Below are positions 52,388-63,000 of a stretch of 64,000 nt of DNA, piece by piece. Position 1 is the first letter of the stretch. Each line of letters starts with the position of its first letter. Source of the DNA: Paragordius varius. Taxonomy: Eukaryota > Animalia > Nematomorpha. The notes below the pieces were generated by a model. That model was not told where the DNA came from and searched no databases. It saw only the letters and a program-made list of their open reading frames with translations. The stretch spans positions 5,952,001 through 6,016,000 of the forward strand of contig OZ176055.1 in NCBI GenBank assembly GCA_964247055.1. Reading direction: 5' to 3'. The translations under genes were made by a program, and so were the position numbers.

Positions 52388-53914
52388 ATGAGTGGAATAT
52401 CTGTAACTGTTAAAGCAATTGGAAAAACTGTTTCACACATTCCAAGAAAAGCTGCAATAAATTTAGTATATTTTATATAATTTAATCTAAAGACAAAATC
52501 TGCTGTTGATAGAGTGAAAGAACTATTGATTAAAAATCCAAATGCGGTATATTCATTTAGTTTATATTTATATTGTGTAAGCGTCTATATTCCGTTAACA
52601 ATGTTAATGAAATTATGTATATATTTGTTAAGATTGGCCTTAAAATTGGGGTAAAACAGCGAGGATGTAGCGGTTTAGCCTATTATTTAGAATACGCAAC
52701 GCACAAACAAAAAATGGATGAAGAGGTTGATCAAGACGGTATTTAAACAAATTTTATTTTTTTATAGTAGGAATATAATTTTTTAAGTAGCTTTTTGGTT
52801 GCTTAATATATTGATATTTATATTAAATTCTTCATGTTTTTTATGATAAAAGTTTTTTATATAGCCAATTTAATATTTTTCAAGAAATTTTAAAACTATC
52901 ATCATGTATTGTGTCGTTTATTTTATGGATATTTTATTTTCGTGTCAGAATTTTTTCTTAATATAATATTTTTATAAGGTGGATATAACTAATAGATTCT
53001 ATATTGTTGCGTTACATATGTCAACACAATATTTTTCATTATAAATTATGTATTATATTCTATCAAGCGGTTTTTTATTCTAATCAATTTTTATTTATAT
53101 CATGTGATTAATTTTTCGGTTTGGAGTTTATATGTTGTAAATAAGCGCCAGCCTAAAAAGAAGGACTAATGTAAAAATAACACTGAATAAACTTTTAAAC
53201 TATATTATTACCCGCTATTTATCGCTTTTATCAATTTTATCATTCATGAGCTTAACCAGTTTATCAATACGAAATTTGAAACTTTGTTTTAATCACCCGA
53301 AAATTGCCTTGAAAATTTAATGCAAAAATGCAGCCCTCGAAGCCATTTGTTTTAGACAGCCAAGGATTAAAGTATCCCCAACACTGTCTCACATATAACC
53401 GATCAAAATATATCCTATTGCACTCTTAATTAATAATATGATAGTTTGCCAAATTTTTATTCACAGCCTCCTTACACTTTTAGATAATATCTCTAGTCTT
53501 TTGCACGAATAAGCTTTAATTCCTTATATAAATATGTATGCATTAAAAAAATATTACCTGTGATAACCCTTATCAAAAATTTAAAAAATAGAAATAACAA
53601 CTCGTTGCGCCTCAGATATTTCTTTACTGTCAGCTAGAACATCAATAACCTTTTATGGAACAAAAAATCAAATGTGTCATTAGTCAATATTATAATTATT
53701 TCAAAGCAATTGCCTCCTTTATTTTATTTATCAATATCACATTTCATTATTTTTTTTCAATTTAGGTATAAAAATATTCATAGACCGGAGAGCTCAACTC
53801 AGTTTATTGGGGACGGAAATGGATTATGTCAAGGGTCAATTGAGTAGCGAATTTATATTTAACAATCCAAATATTAAAGGCACATGTGGATGTGGTGAAA
53901 GTTTTTCAATATAA
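52388..53914 (+). CDS. ISCA1: Iron-sulfur cluster assembly 1 homolog, mitochondrial (A-type carrier), 4 exons, 128 aa
   Basis: Exons 52388-52465, 52493-52546, 52633-52738, 53766-53914. Translation: MSGISVTVKAIG...KAAINL/TKSAVDRVKELL...NA/IGLKIGVKQRGCSGLAYYLEY...EEVDQD/GIKIFIDRRAQLSLLGTEMDY...FIFNNPNIKGTCGCGESFSI. All three conserved Cys (RGC, CGC) are present. Confidence 0.97.
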
Positions 53915-54279
53915 ATGATGTTTTTATTCATTTTTATCTATATTTTGATAGCAATGTAAAGAAATATGTGTGTAAATTATCCAATAAATTTATATAGTTT
54001 CTTTTGGTTTTTTATTAATTTCTATTATTACTAACAACGGAGCCGTGTTATAATATATCTGATATCTTTATAACATCTTTAAAAAATAATTTGTATAAAC
54101 AAAAATACTTAAATATTTTGATTGTAAAAAGTTAAATATCTTTACATTGATTGCCTTTTCTATAAAATCAGGAAAAATTTCATTTTTAATAAACTGAGAG
54201 CTATTTTCTCCAGGATTTAAAAAATAAATCGGCAAAAATATTATAGTTTATATTTTTGGTTTATCAGTAGGATGTATTT

Positions 54280-54456
54280 TACAGTATGCATCTTAATGGT
54301 TGCTTATTTCACACTATAGTAGGGCAATTTGCAACGCTGTAGTGTATGGAAAAAAGAAAGGAAATAATTGTTTTTTCCACATTTTGTTGTTTTTTCCATA
54401 CACTACTGTGTTGCAAATCGCACAACTATAGTCTGAAATAAGCAACCATCAAAATG
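54280..54456. mobile_element. Second copy of the 15015-15179 foldback MITE (right end truncated)
   Basis: tacagtatgcatcttaatggttgcttatttcacactatagt...actatagtctgaaataagcaaccatcaaaatg closely matches the intron-1 copy. Confidence 0.85.
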
Positions 54457-54914
54457 ATTGGATTCTTTAGAAAAAAGTAACGTCTAAAAATCGAATTTTT
54501 ACTAGCTAAAAATTAACATTATTTTATTTTATATAGTAAAGTTAGTAGATGTGTTGTATTGTGCATTAAGATGTGTTTACACTGCGTTGACTATTGCTTT
54601 ATTAAAATTCAATATTTTTTTTATATTATGCTTGATTTTTTAAAATAACCCTAAAATTACCCCAAATTGGATTGGAAAATACACTCATCAACATAAAATT
54701 TTGCAAATATCCAAAACAATTAAGTTTTATAATATACGATTACATTCTTATTAGACTTTCCTAACACATTAGATATATATATATATATATTAATGTAATA
54801 AACCTGAGATATATTTCTTCCCAGCTATAACTCGTAACGTTATATTACAAGTTTAAATATCAAAAACTTTATATTGGATAAAAAGTTATTTATTTTTACA
54901 GTTTTAGCCCCTAA

Positions 54915-55130
54915 AGTTTTAATGGATCCCTGGGGACGTATGCCGGCTTTGTAATTCAAACCTTTGTTTTTTGCTGATATGTGTTTATTTTTGAGAACAA
55001 ATTTAAGTTGATGATATTTACCCAAGCATGTTGGGATCTATATTTAACTGATTGGTTTATTCCACCCAGGCAATATATGACATCGCCCAAGTATTTGAAA
55101 TTATTTACCAATTCGATTGAAGGGCATTTA
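54915..55130 (-). mobile_element. RTE-like LINE RT fragment (inverted part)
   Basis: The minus strand reads IELVNNFKYLGDVIYCLGGINQSVKYRSQHA, then after a frameshift KYHQLKFVLKNKHISAKNKGLNYKAGIRP, typical of the end of an RTE RT domain. Confidence 0.75.
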
Positions 55131-55189
55131 TATTTAATTAGAAAACTATTATAATTATAAATAAAAATCTGCTCTTTGTTTTAATAAAA

Positions 55190-55560
55190 TTAGCCAGTAT
55201 GGAAGCGAGACGTGGCCGATGACAGATTCAATCGAGAAAAAACTAATGAACTTAGAAAAACGGATGCCTAATTTATTCCAACCAAATTCAAATTTACATC
55301 AACTGTACCAAATCGAACCTTTAAATGTTATGCTTATAAAAAATAGGCTTAGATATTTCGGACACATCAAACGTGCTCGAGAACAATGGACAAATAAAAT
55401 TTTATCCCTATATCCCGAAGGTAACAATCGCAGGGGCAGACCAACATTTAACTGGGAAAAAACAATAAATAATGTTTTAAGTGTTGCCAACATTGATGAT
55501 AACGCCTGGCAGGATCGCAAATATTACAGACAGCTTCTATACGGATACAATGGCTAGCCA
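55190..55560 (+). mobile_element. RTE-like LINE ORF2 C-terminal fragment
   Basis: YGSETWPMT...EKRM and RLRYFGHIKR...KILSLYPEGNNRRGRPTFNW are C-terminal motifs of RTE ORF2. Confidence 0.85.
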
Positions 55561-56384
55561 TTACACAAAGACGATACGAAATGCCCTTCATTTATTGAAT
55601 TTTTTTATTAGATGAAGAAAATATTTTAAGTATGAATGCTACGTATTTTTCATAGCAATAAATGAGGTTTTAATATCTTAAAACCATTATTGAGTGTAGG
55701 CAGTAAAAATTTACATCACACAGACAAGACGCAAAAAGATGAAGAACACATTTTTTTCAAAACACAGCCATACTTTTATAAACCTTGATTTTTCCTAAAT
55801 AATATAATCGAATTACCATTGTAAAATATATGTTTGATGTGTTACCAATTTATATCTTTATTTTATATTTTGTGATTTTAAACATTTTTTTTTAATATAT
55901 TACAAAATCAAATCTAAAGAAGTACAGTGTTCTTTTGAAAAAAATATATTTTCTATTTTTACGTCAGACGTGCACAATCTCCGATATAATGCAACATACC
56001 ATAAAATACCTCTATAAATGCCAAATTTTCTTGTAAATAAAATTCTATAGCAAATATCATATGAGTGAATTCGCGGTTTTTTGGGTAAATTTAAGGACAG
56101 GACCCTATATATGATAGGATGAGAGCATAAAAATTATGAAAAAAGAACATTTTCTTGATATTATTTATAAATTAAGACAAACCAAATGAAAAACTATTTG
56201 AAACATTAGTTTTTTCCAACACATTTGGAAAGAAAATTATTTTTGATAGTATTAATATATTGTTTGAACCACTATGAAATGACAAACTCTCGCTAAAAAC
56301 ATATTATATTTGTACTCCAAATTTGCCGTGCACTGCTTACCATTTATTTAATAAAAAATACAAAATAAAAAAAATTGCCAATTA

Positions 56385-59271
56385 CACTGTGCAACAAAAT
56401 ATGGGGTCAATTTTCTGGACTCGATTTTCTAAATATTTTCTGATTCCTTATAGTATTGTGATCAGATTCGCGTAAAAAATTTTTTTACTTACCCAGCTCG
56501 TTTTCGAGATATGGGACTTTTTCCATATTTGGACATATCCAAAATTTTCTTGTTTGTAAATATTTTTCGCTATGTAAACAAATAATATGTGGCTTACATA
56601 AGTATTTTTACAAGAAATTACCAATTTATCTTTAAAATAAAAAAAAATATACTCAAAATATCCAATACTTTTTGTTTTAGGCTAAAACCCTCAAAAATTG
56701 GGTAACTTAACATTTTTTCACACAAATATTTTTTATCAATTTATTAAATCAAAACAAACTTTATTATATGTTCTTGGATGTTAATGATGTTTGTTTAAGT
56801 ATAAATATCACTTTGTAATAGCTTTGTGGACTTTTATTTTAAAAAATAAATTTAATTTTTCCATCTTTTTTGCTGTTTTTTTATGTAAAAAAAGCTAAAT
56901 TTTACTCAGCTGCATATAATATATTCTTTATTTCATATGATATTTTTAAATATTTCCCACACTTAAATATACTCCATATCAGTTTTTTCATCAAGAAATA
57001 TTATTATATACCCAAAATGTACAAAAAATATAATTAATACCCAAGTATATATATATATTTATAATTTTAGGATGGATAAAAATATTGTTTGCCATATATG
57101 TAGACAATACACAAAAAAACTAATAGTATAAACATTACCACTTACATAAAAAACTATTTTTTTTATATTATGGGGAACCTAGATTTGGGCCCCGAACACC
57201 GTATCTCGGACATGTAGCATTAGTTTAGGAGCATGGTACTACAAAACCGGATCTGGACTCCCTTGGGGTATCCCTATGATATGGCGAGAGCCAAAATCTC
57301 ATTCTGAATGTTACTTTTGTGCAGTTCCAAAACCATTTCTTATTAACATTACCAAAAAAAACAAAAAACCTATCGAATATCCAAACTTTTCCTGTGCAAT
57401 TCGTCCTGTTTATCATTCCATTGACTCTCCCGTACCTTCATCTCCAACCATTCATATCGATTTATTTGATATGATGGATGATACTGATTTGGAATTTTAT
57501 CATCAAGATATAAAGGACACTAATAAATTAAGTGGCACTGATATCCCTAATCAAAAAATTGCATCTCTCAAAACGGTATTTTTAGAAAACCCTTCGAAAA
57601 AACCTATCGAAACAATATAAATTTAATTTGCGATTATATATATATATATGAATAAATAAATTATTATTTTATTTTTTCTACACCTAATTTACTTTATTTA
57701 AAGTCTAGATTAGATTATCCGTGTCTTAACATCTGTACACCAAAATATATTCTAAATATTCACTCTAATAACTGATTATAATTAGGATTTGCATATAGTT
57801 CAATATATTATGATGAAATCATTTATTAATGGTATTATATTTTATTTAAACGTTTTTGATAAGATATGGCATATCCAATTTTCACTGCACAGTCGTCCAT
57901 ATTGAAAGCTAATCTATTAGCTGATGTGATATATAAATTGTTGCGATTGGGTATTTTGTCATGGTAATATAACTACCTGCAAATCGATATATTGTTTTTA
58001 TAAGAATGTATGAAAGAAATCAATAAAATACTTTTATATGGCAGACGCCAAAATCGAATCGGTAAATATTTTTAAATACTTGGGCGATGTCATACATTGC
58101 CTAGGTAGAATAAACCAATCAGTTAAATATAGATCCCAACAGGCTGGGATAAAATATCATTAACTTAAATTTATGCTCAAAAAAAACACATATCTGCAAA
58201 AAACAAAGGTTTTATTAGAGTTGTTGATTAGCGACAATAGTTTAAATTAAATAAAACGTTAACGACAAAAAACAATAATTTAACCGAAGAGACGATAACC
58301 CAAATAAAATTTATAAGAATATATGGTTAAAATATTATTAAAAATATAATTTAGTATATGAGGGTACTTATCTTTGATTTTCCTGTGGCATACGTACTGT
58401 TCCCCTAAACAACTGAAATTTTATGGGTAACTCAACTTTTATTTAAAAAAAATCCATTTCCGAGTATTGTAAAACTTCATCAGGGTAATAAGCTTCTTTA
58501 GATTGCACTCTTGACAAAGAGGGAATCATCCATATCCCTAAAGTATAGCTATATAAAATGTATTTGATGGTATCAAGGTGCGTTCTTCTCTTATCCAAAA
58601 GGCAGACGATTTTTCCGATTCAGAATTCAATCACAAATCTATATAAGAATTATTACTGTCCATTTCATATTTTTTAACATATTTAAAAATGAAGCTAACT
58701 AATCAACATATCTGCCATCATATATGGTCAAAATTTAAAAATTTCAGATGAAAAAATGAAATTAGTATTTACAGCTGAGTAAATTAAATCATTTTTTACA
58801 TAAAAAAATAACAAATTTATTTTTAAAAATAAAAGTCCACAAAGTTATTACAAAGTGATATTTATACTTAAACAAACATTATTAACATCCAAGAACATAT
58901 AATAAAGTTTGTTTTGATTTAATAAATTGATAAAAAATATTTGTGTAAAAAAATGCTAAGTTACCCAATTTTTGAGAGTTTTTGCCACCTAAAACAAAAA
59001 GTAGTGGATATTTTGAGTAATTTTTTTTTATTTTGAAGATAAATTGGTAATTTCTTGTAAAAATACTTATGTAAGCCACATATTATTTGTTTACATAGCG
59101 AAAAATATTTACAAACAAGAAAATTTTGGAAATGTCCAAATATGGAAAAAGTCCCATATCTCGAAAACGAGCTGGGTAAGTAAAAAATTTTTTACACAAA
59201 TCTGATCACAATACTATAAGGAATCAGAAAATATTTAGAAAATCGAGTCCAGAAAAAGTTGTGTCACAGTG
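56385..59271 (+). mobile_element. Chapaev3-like DNA transposon, internally deleted (2887 bp)
   Basis: tta-CACTGTG ... CACAGTG-tta (TTA duplication). ~500-bp inverted repeats at about 56385-56915 and 58765-59271. Internal transposase N-terminus CHIC...WAPNTVSRTC...WGIPMIWREPKSHSECYFC...IEYPNFSCAIRPVYH (57070-57440) plus HQDIK. Frameshifted; no catalytic core seen. Confidence 0.85.
58040..58220 (+). mobile_element. RTE-like LINE fragment nested in the Chapaev3-like element
   Basis: Close reverse-complement match to ~54960-55115. Reads FKYLGDVIHCLGRINQSVKYRSQQAG and KKKHISAKNKGL. Confidence 0.8.
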
Positions 59272-59309
59272 TTACAAGACCTTCCATTATTTGGTATTAA
59301 ACCTAAGTC

Positions 59310-59470
59310 ACAATCCTATTTTAAGGCTACATTCATCCATACTTTTGGACAAAAGATGTAAAGCGTATATTCACCGAAATATAGGGGGAGTAATGGACAC
59401 AACGATGCTAAGCCCTGGTGCGTGCTTTTAAGTCTTTATCAAGTTTGTAACATCTGACCGTAGTCCTGTT
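59310..59470 (-). mobile_element. Possible LINE RT remnant
   Basis: GC-richer block. Minus-strand frames give RTTVRC and THQGLASLCPLLPLYF, resembling the RT QG...SPLLF motif. Degenerate. Confidence 0.35.
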
Positions 59471-60046
59471 TAAATTATACAAATCCTCAAGTTTTAGTTA
59501 TGTTAATTAGGACTTTTAACACATTTAGCTGATTTAAATGTAAATTTTTTAAAATCTCTCGCAATGTATGCGTATATTTTTACATATCGAAATTTCTCCC
59601 GTTTTAAAAGGCTTTGAACAAAAATATATTCAATTTGAAAGGGGTTTTAGATGGTTCCTATTAACATCCAATTTTTTCACAAGAATTTAAGACAAAAAAA
59701 TTATAAATAAAAACTCCCAATAATAAATGACATTCAGTCCAAAATGAATAATATATGGAGGTTTTATCTGCGCAAATTGTGGAAATCCATGAGATATTTA
59801 AAGCATCATGATCAAAAAATATTTTTATAAATAATTTAAAAGAAAACAATTTTGTTTGAAAATTTCATTTTCCCAATTTCAATTTGTTTAAAATAAATGA
59901 AACATGGTAACGATCGCAACTTAAATTCTATACGATATCAAAACCAATGACAATTTTTTTGAATTTGGCACGTGTCGCACAACAAAAAGTAATATCTCAT
60001 GGCAATTTGGATAGAATTATAACTTATGTACAAGAGTTAAATAGCA

Positions 60047-63000
60047 ATGTTATTTGAAATAAATACTTCATCAAATGAAACTATACCTCAACCATTTCGA
60101 AACAAATCAAATTGGTGTTATATAAATTCCATTCTTCAAACATTATGCGCTCTGCCGAATTTTTCGTCTTTTTTGAACCAAATATATTCCCAGTATTCAG
60201 ACAGTGTATTTGAAAGTATTTTAAGTTAATAATTTTTTAAGGGAAATATCCAGTTTTATCGGCACTTTCTCTATTTCGACAGGATTTAATATCTTTAAAT
60301 CCCTTAACCTTTAGACGTAATTTTTAATTTATTTAATTAAAATTATTACAATATATAATATTTTTTTGATACACAGGTAAAACCATTGGTCCGATTTACG
60401 AACCAACTCAAGTTTATCATTTATTGACAGATCTTAGCAAAAACAAACAAGTTGTTAAAATTATTATTATTTTAAATCATTATTTTAAATAAATGGATAA
60501 ATACTAACAAATTACAATCACAAATTTCTTATTTATATAATTTGATACAATGATTATAAAATTTTATACAAGAACGACGATTTGCTGTATTTTTTAATGA
60601 ATATAAATATTTTCATATATTGTAGCTGAAAGAAATTTATCAGCATGCTCAGCAAGATGCCGAAGAAATTTTAACTTTTTTGTTGAATGCCATGCATGAT
60701 GAATGGACTGGTTAAATTTATTTTTTAAAATTATTGATTATATAAAACAACAAATGACATTTATATATATGGCCATTTTTAAATCCAAATATGTATCCTA
60801 ATTAAATATATTTAGCTTATTAGCACGAATTTAAGTTTATTACCTTGTTCTTTCTTCTAAACGAATGGTATATTTTGCCGAAATCCTAATAAAATATTAT
60901 TAAATATAATGATTAAAATATGATTATCTAACATTAACATTACAATTATATATTAGTTTTAAAAGCTTCTACTTTTTACATTTTTTTAATTCAAAGAGTC
61001 GAAAATTTGGTTAGCCCTCAAATAAGCTAATTTTTATTTTTTACTCAAAATATATTTTAATATTTGTATTGTTAAATTTAAATGACTTTCGGTAGTTAGG
61101 AATAAGTATGTGGGGATTATAAGAAATAAGAATTAACTATCTTTAGACGATCACTGAGAAAAAATGGGTCGACTAGTAATTTTTGTCCATATAATTATGA
61201 TAATAATATCCTTATAATAACTAAATATTTGAGTTGATAGATGTTTTTATGGTATTTTTAAGGTATTTTTGTTATGCAGGAATATCTTTGAACTTTTAAA
61301 ACACTTAATTTATGTTATTACTTTAACTTTCCATTTGAGTGTTTATGGTTTTTTTAAAATTTTAAATGGTAATTATAAGTTAAAGGTTTTAGTGAAAATT
61401 AACTTACCACCTAATTTAGTACAAGATTTATTACTGGCAAATACTTTTTAGAAAATATGAAATTTACCATAACTCTAAAAATATATTGGTAATCTAATGT
61501 ATCATTTTTAACACAAGTATATTTATTTTTTAAATGGTTAGAACTAGTCAAAGATGATTGCGTTAAAATAAATTCCCAATCTCCTACGAAATCGCAAGTA
61601 GGCGACATTAATATAGAGACAACCATCTCTGATTTCGACCATCGACTTTACATTTCCGACAATAACAGAAGTTCAATTACTGATTTCAACACAGATGAGG
61701 ATGAATGGAACACTATAGTGGGTAGTGGTCGAAAAAATAAGAGCACTGTTGTACGACAGGTCTTGGATTTTTTACACTTATTATCAGAAAAATCGTTTTT
61801 TATGAGATATTATATAATTTGTATCGCTAAAAGTTTTATGCTACCTTAACAATCGTTAATAACTGAACACAAAGGCCTTTAATGAAATTTTAAAATTTCT
61901 GAAATTTTATATGTTTCTAGATTATATAAATTTATGTTCTTCCCAAATAGATAACGATAGAAAGCAGTCCCATACAACAAATGTTTGGGGGTCAGCTCTC
62001 ATCAAACCTTAGCCACACGTGTTGTAAAAATACGTCTAATAGTATTCAACCCTTTTTGGTGTTACCACTTGATATTAGGGTATGATATGTATTTACATCA
62101 AAATATCTCAAAATTTGGTAATATTTAAAAACTTTACAGTTTTTTGCATTATAGTTTTTAAGTATCTCACAGAATATAAATATTTTTTTGGATATTTACT
62201 TATACACATAAAAATATAATTTATGTTATAATATTTTTTTATAATTAGTTTGATTCGAAACCCCAAACCCTAGCCAAAATCATCCAAGATACATTTGTCA
62301 CAGAATACATAAATAGTTACATATGCCCTCAAACTAAACAAACGGTATCAACAATCTATATATATATACCAAATTTTTTACAAAAGGATAAAAATAGAGA
62401 CATCTGGTTTATGAGTAAATCCTACCCCAATGTAAAACTAGGTTTGGTTTTATGATTTTAGGAGGAAAAGTTTACGATGGGTTAATTCAACGCGGTTCGG
62501 TATAATATTAGTAAAAACTGCGATTTCGATTTAAATTTTTAAAAAATCCGTTCCTATTTAAATTTTTTATAAACTAAATTGGTTCTGGCTTTAACTACGC
62601 AGGTTTTGATCACTTTTTCGGCTTCGATTTTTGAGCCCTGATTATATATATTTTTAACTTTTGTTTGTAATCATTTAAACATTAGAAGAGAACATTAGGA
62701 CAGTTTGTTTTTACGTTCTAATGAAATTTTTTTCACAAATTTCAATAAAATCCACATTATACAAACGTCCTTTCTTTACAGAATTTGCCATAAATAAACC
62801 AAAATATATATCCATTTACATTATAAAAGGTTCAAGCAAGAAAATCCTTATCGATTCATAAATTCCCCGAATATGCCTTAATTCTTCAACTCAAATGTTT
62901 CAATAACATGACCCTAAATAATAATAACAACACCTTTCAAGGTCGAACCACAGACTCAAATGTAAGAAAGCATCACAAGCAGAAAACTAATTTTGATTCT

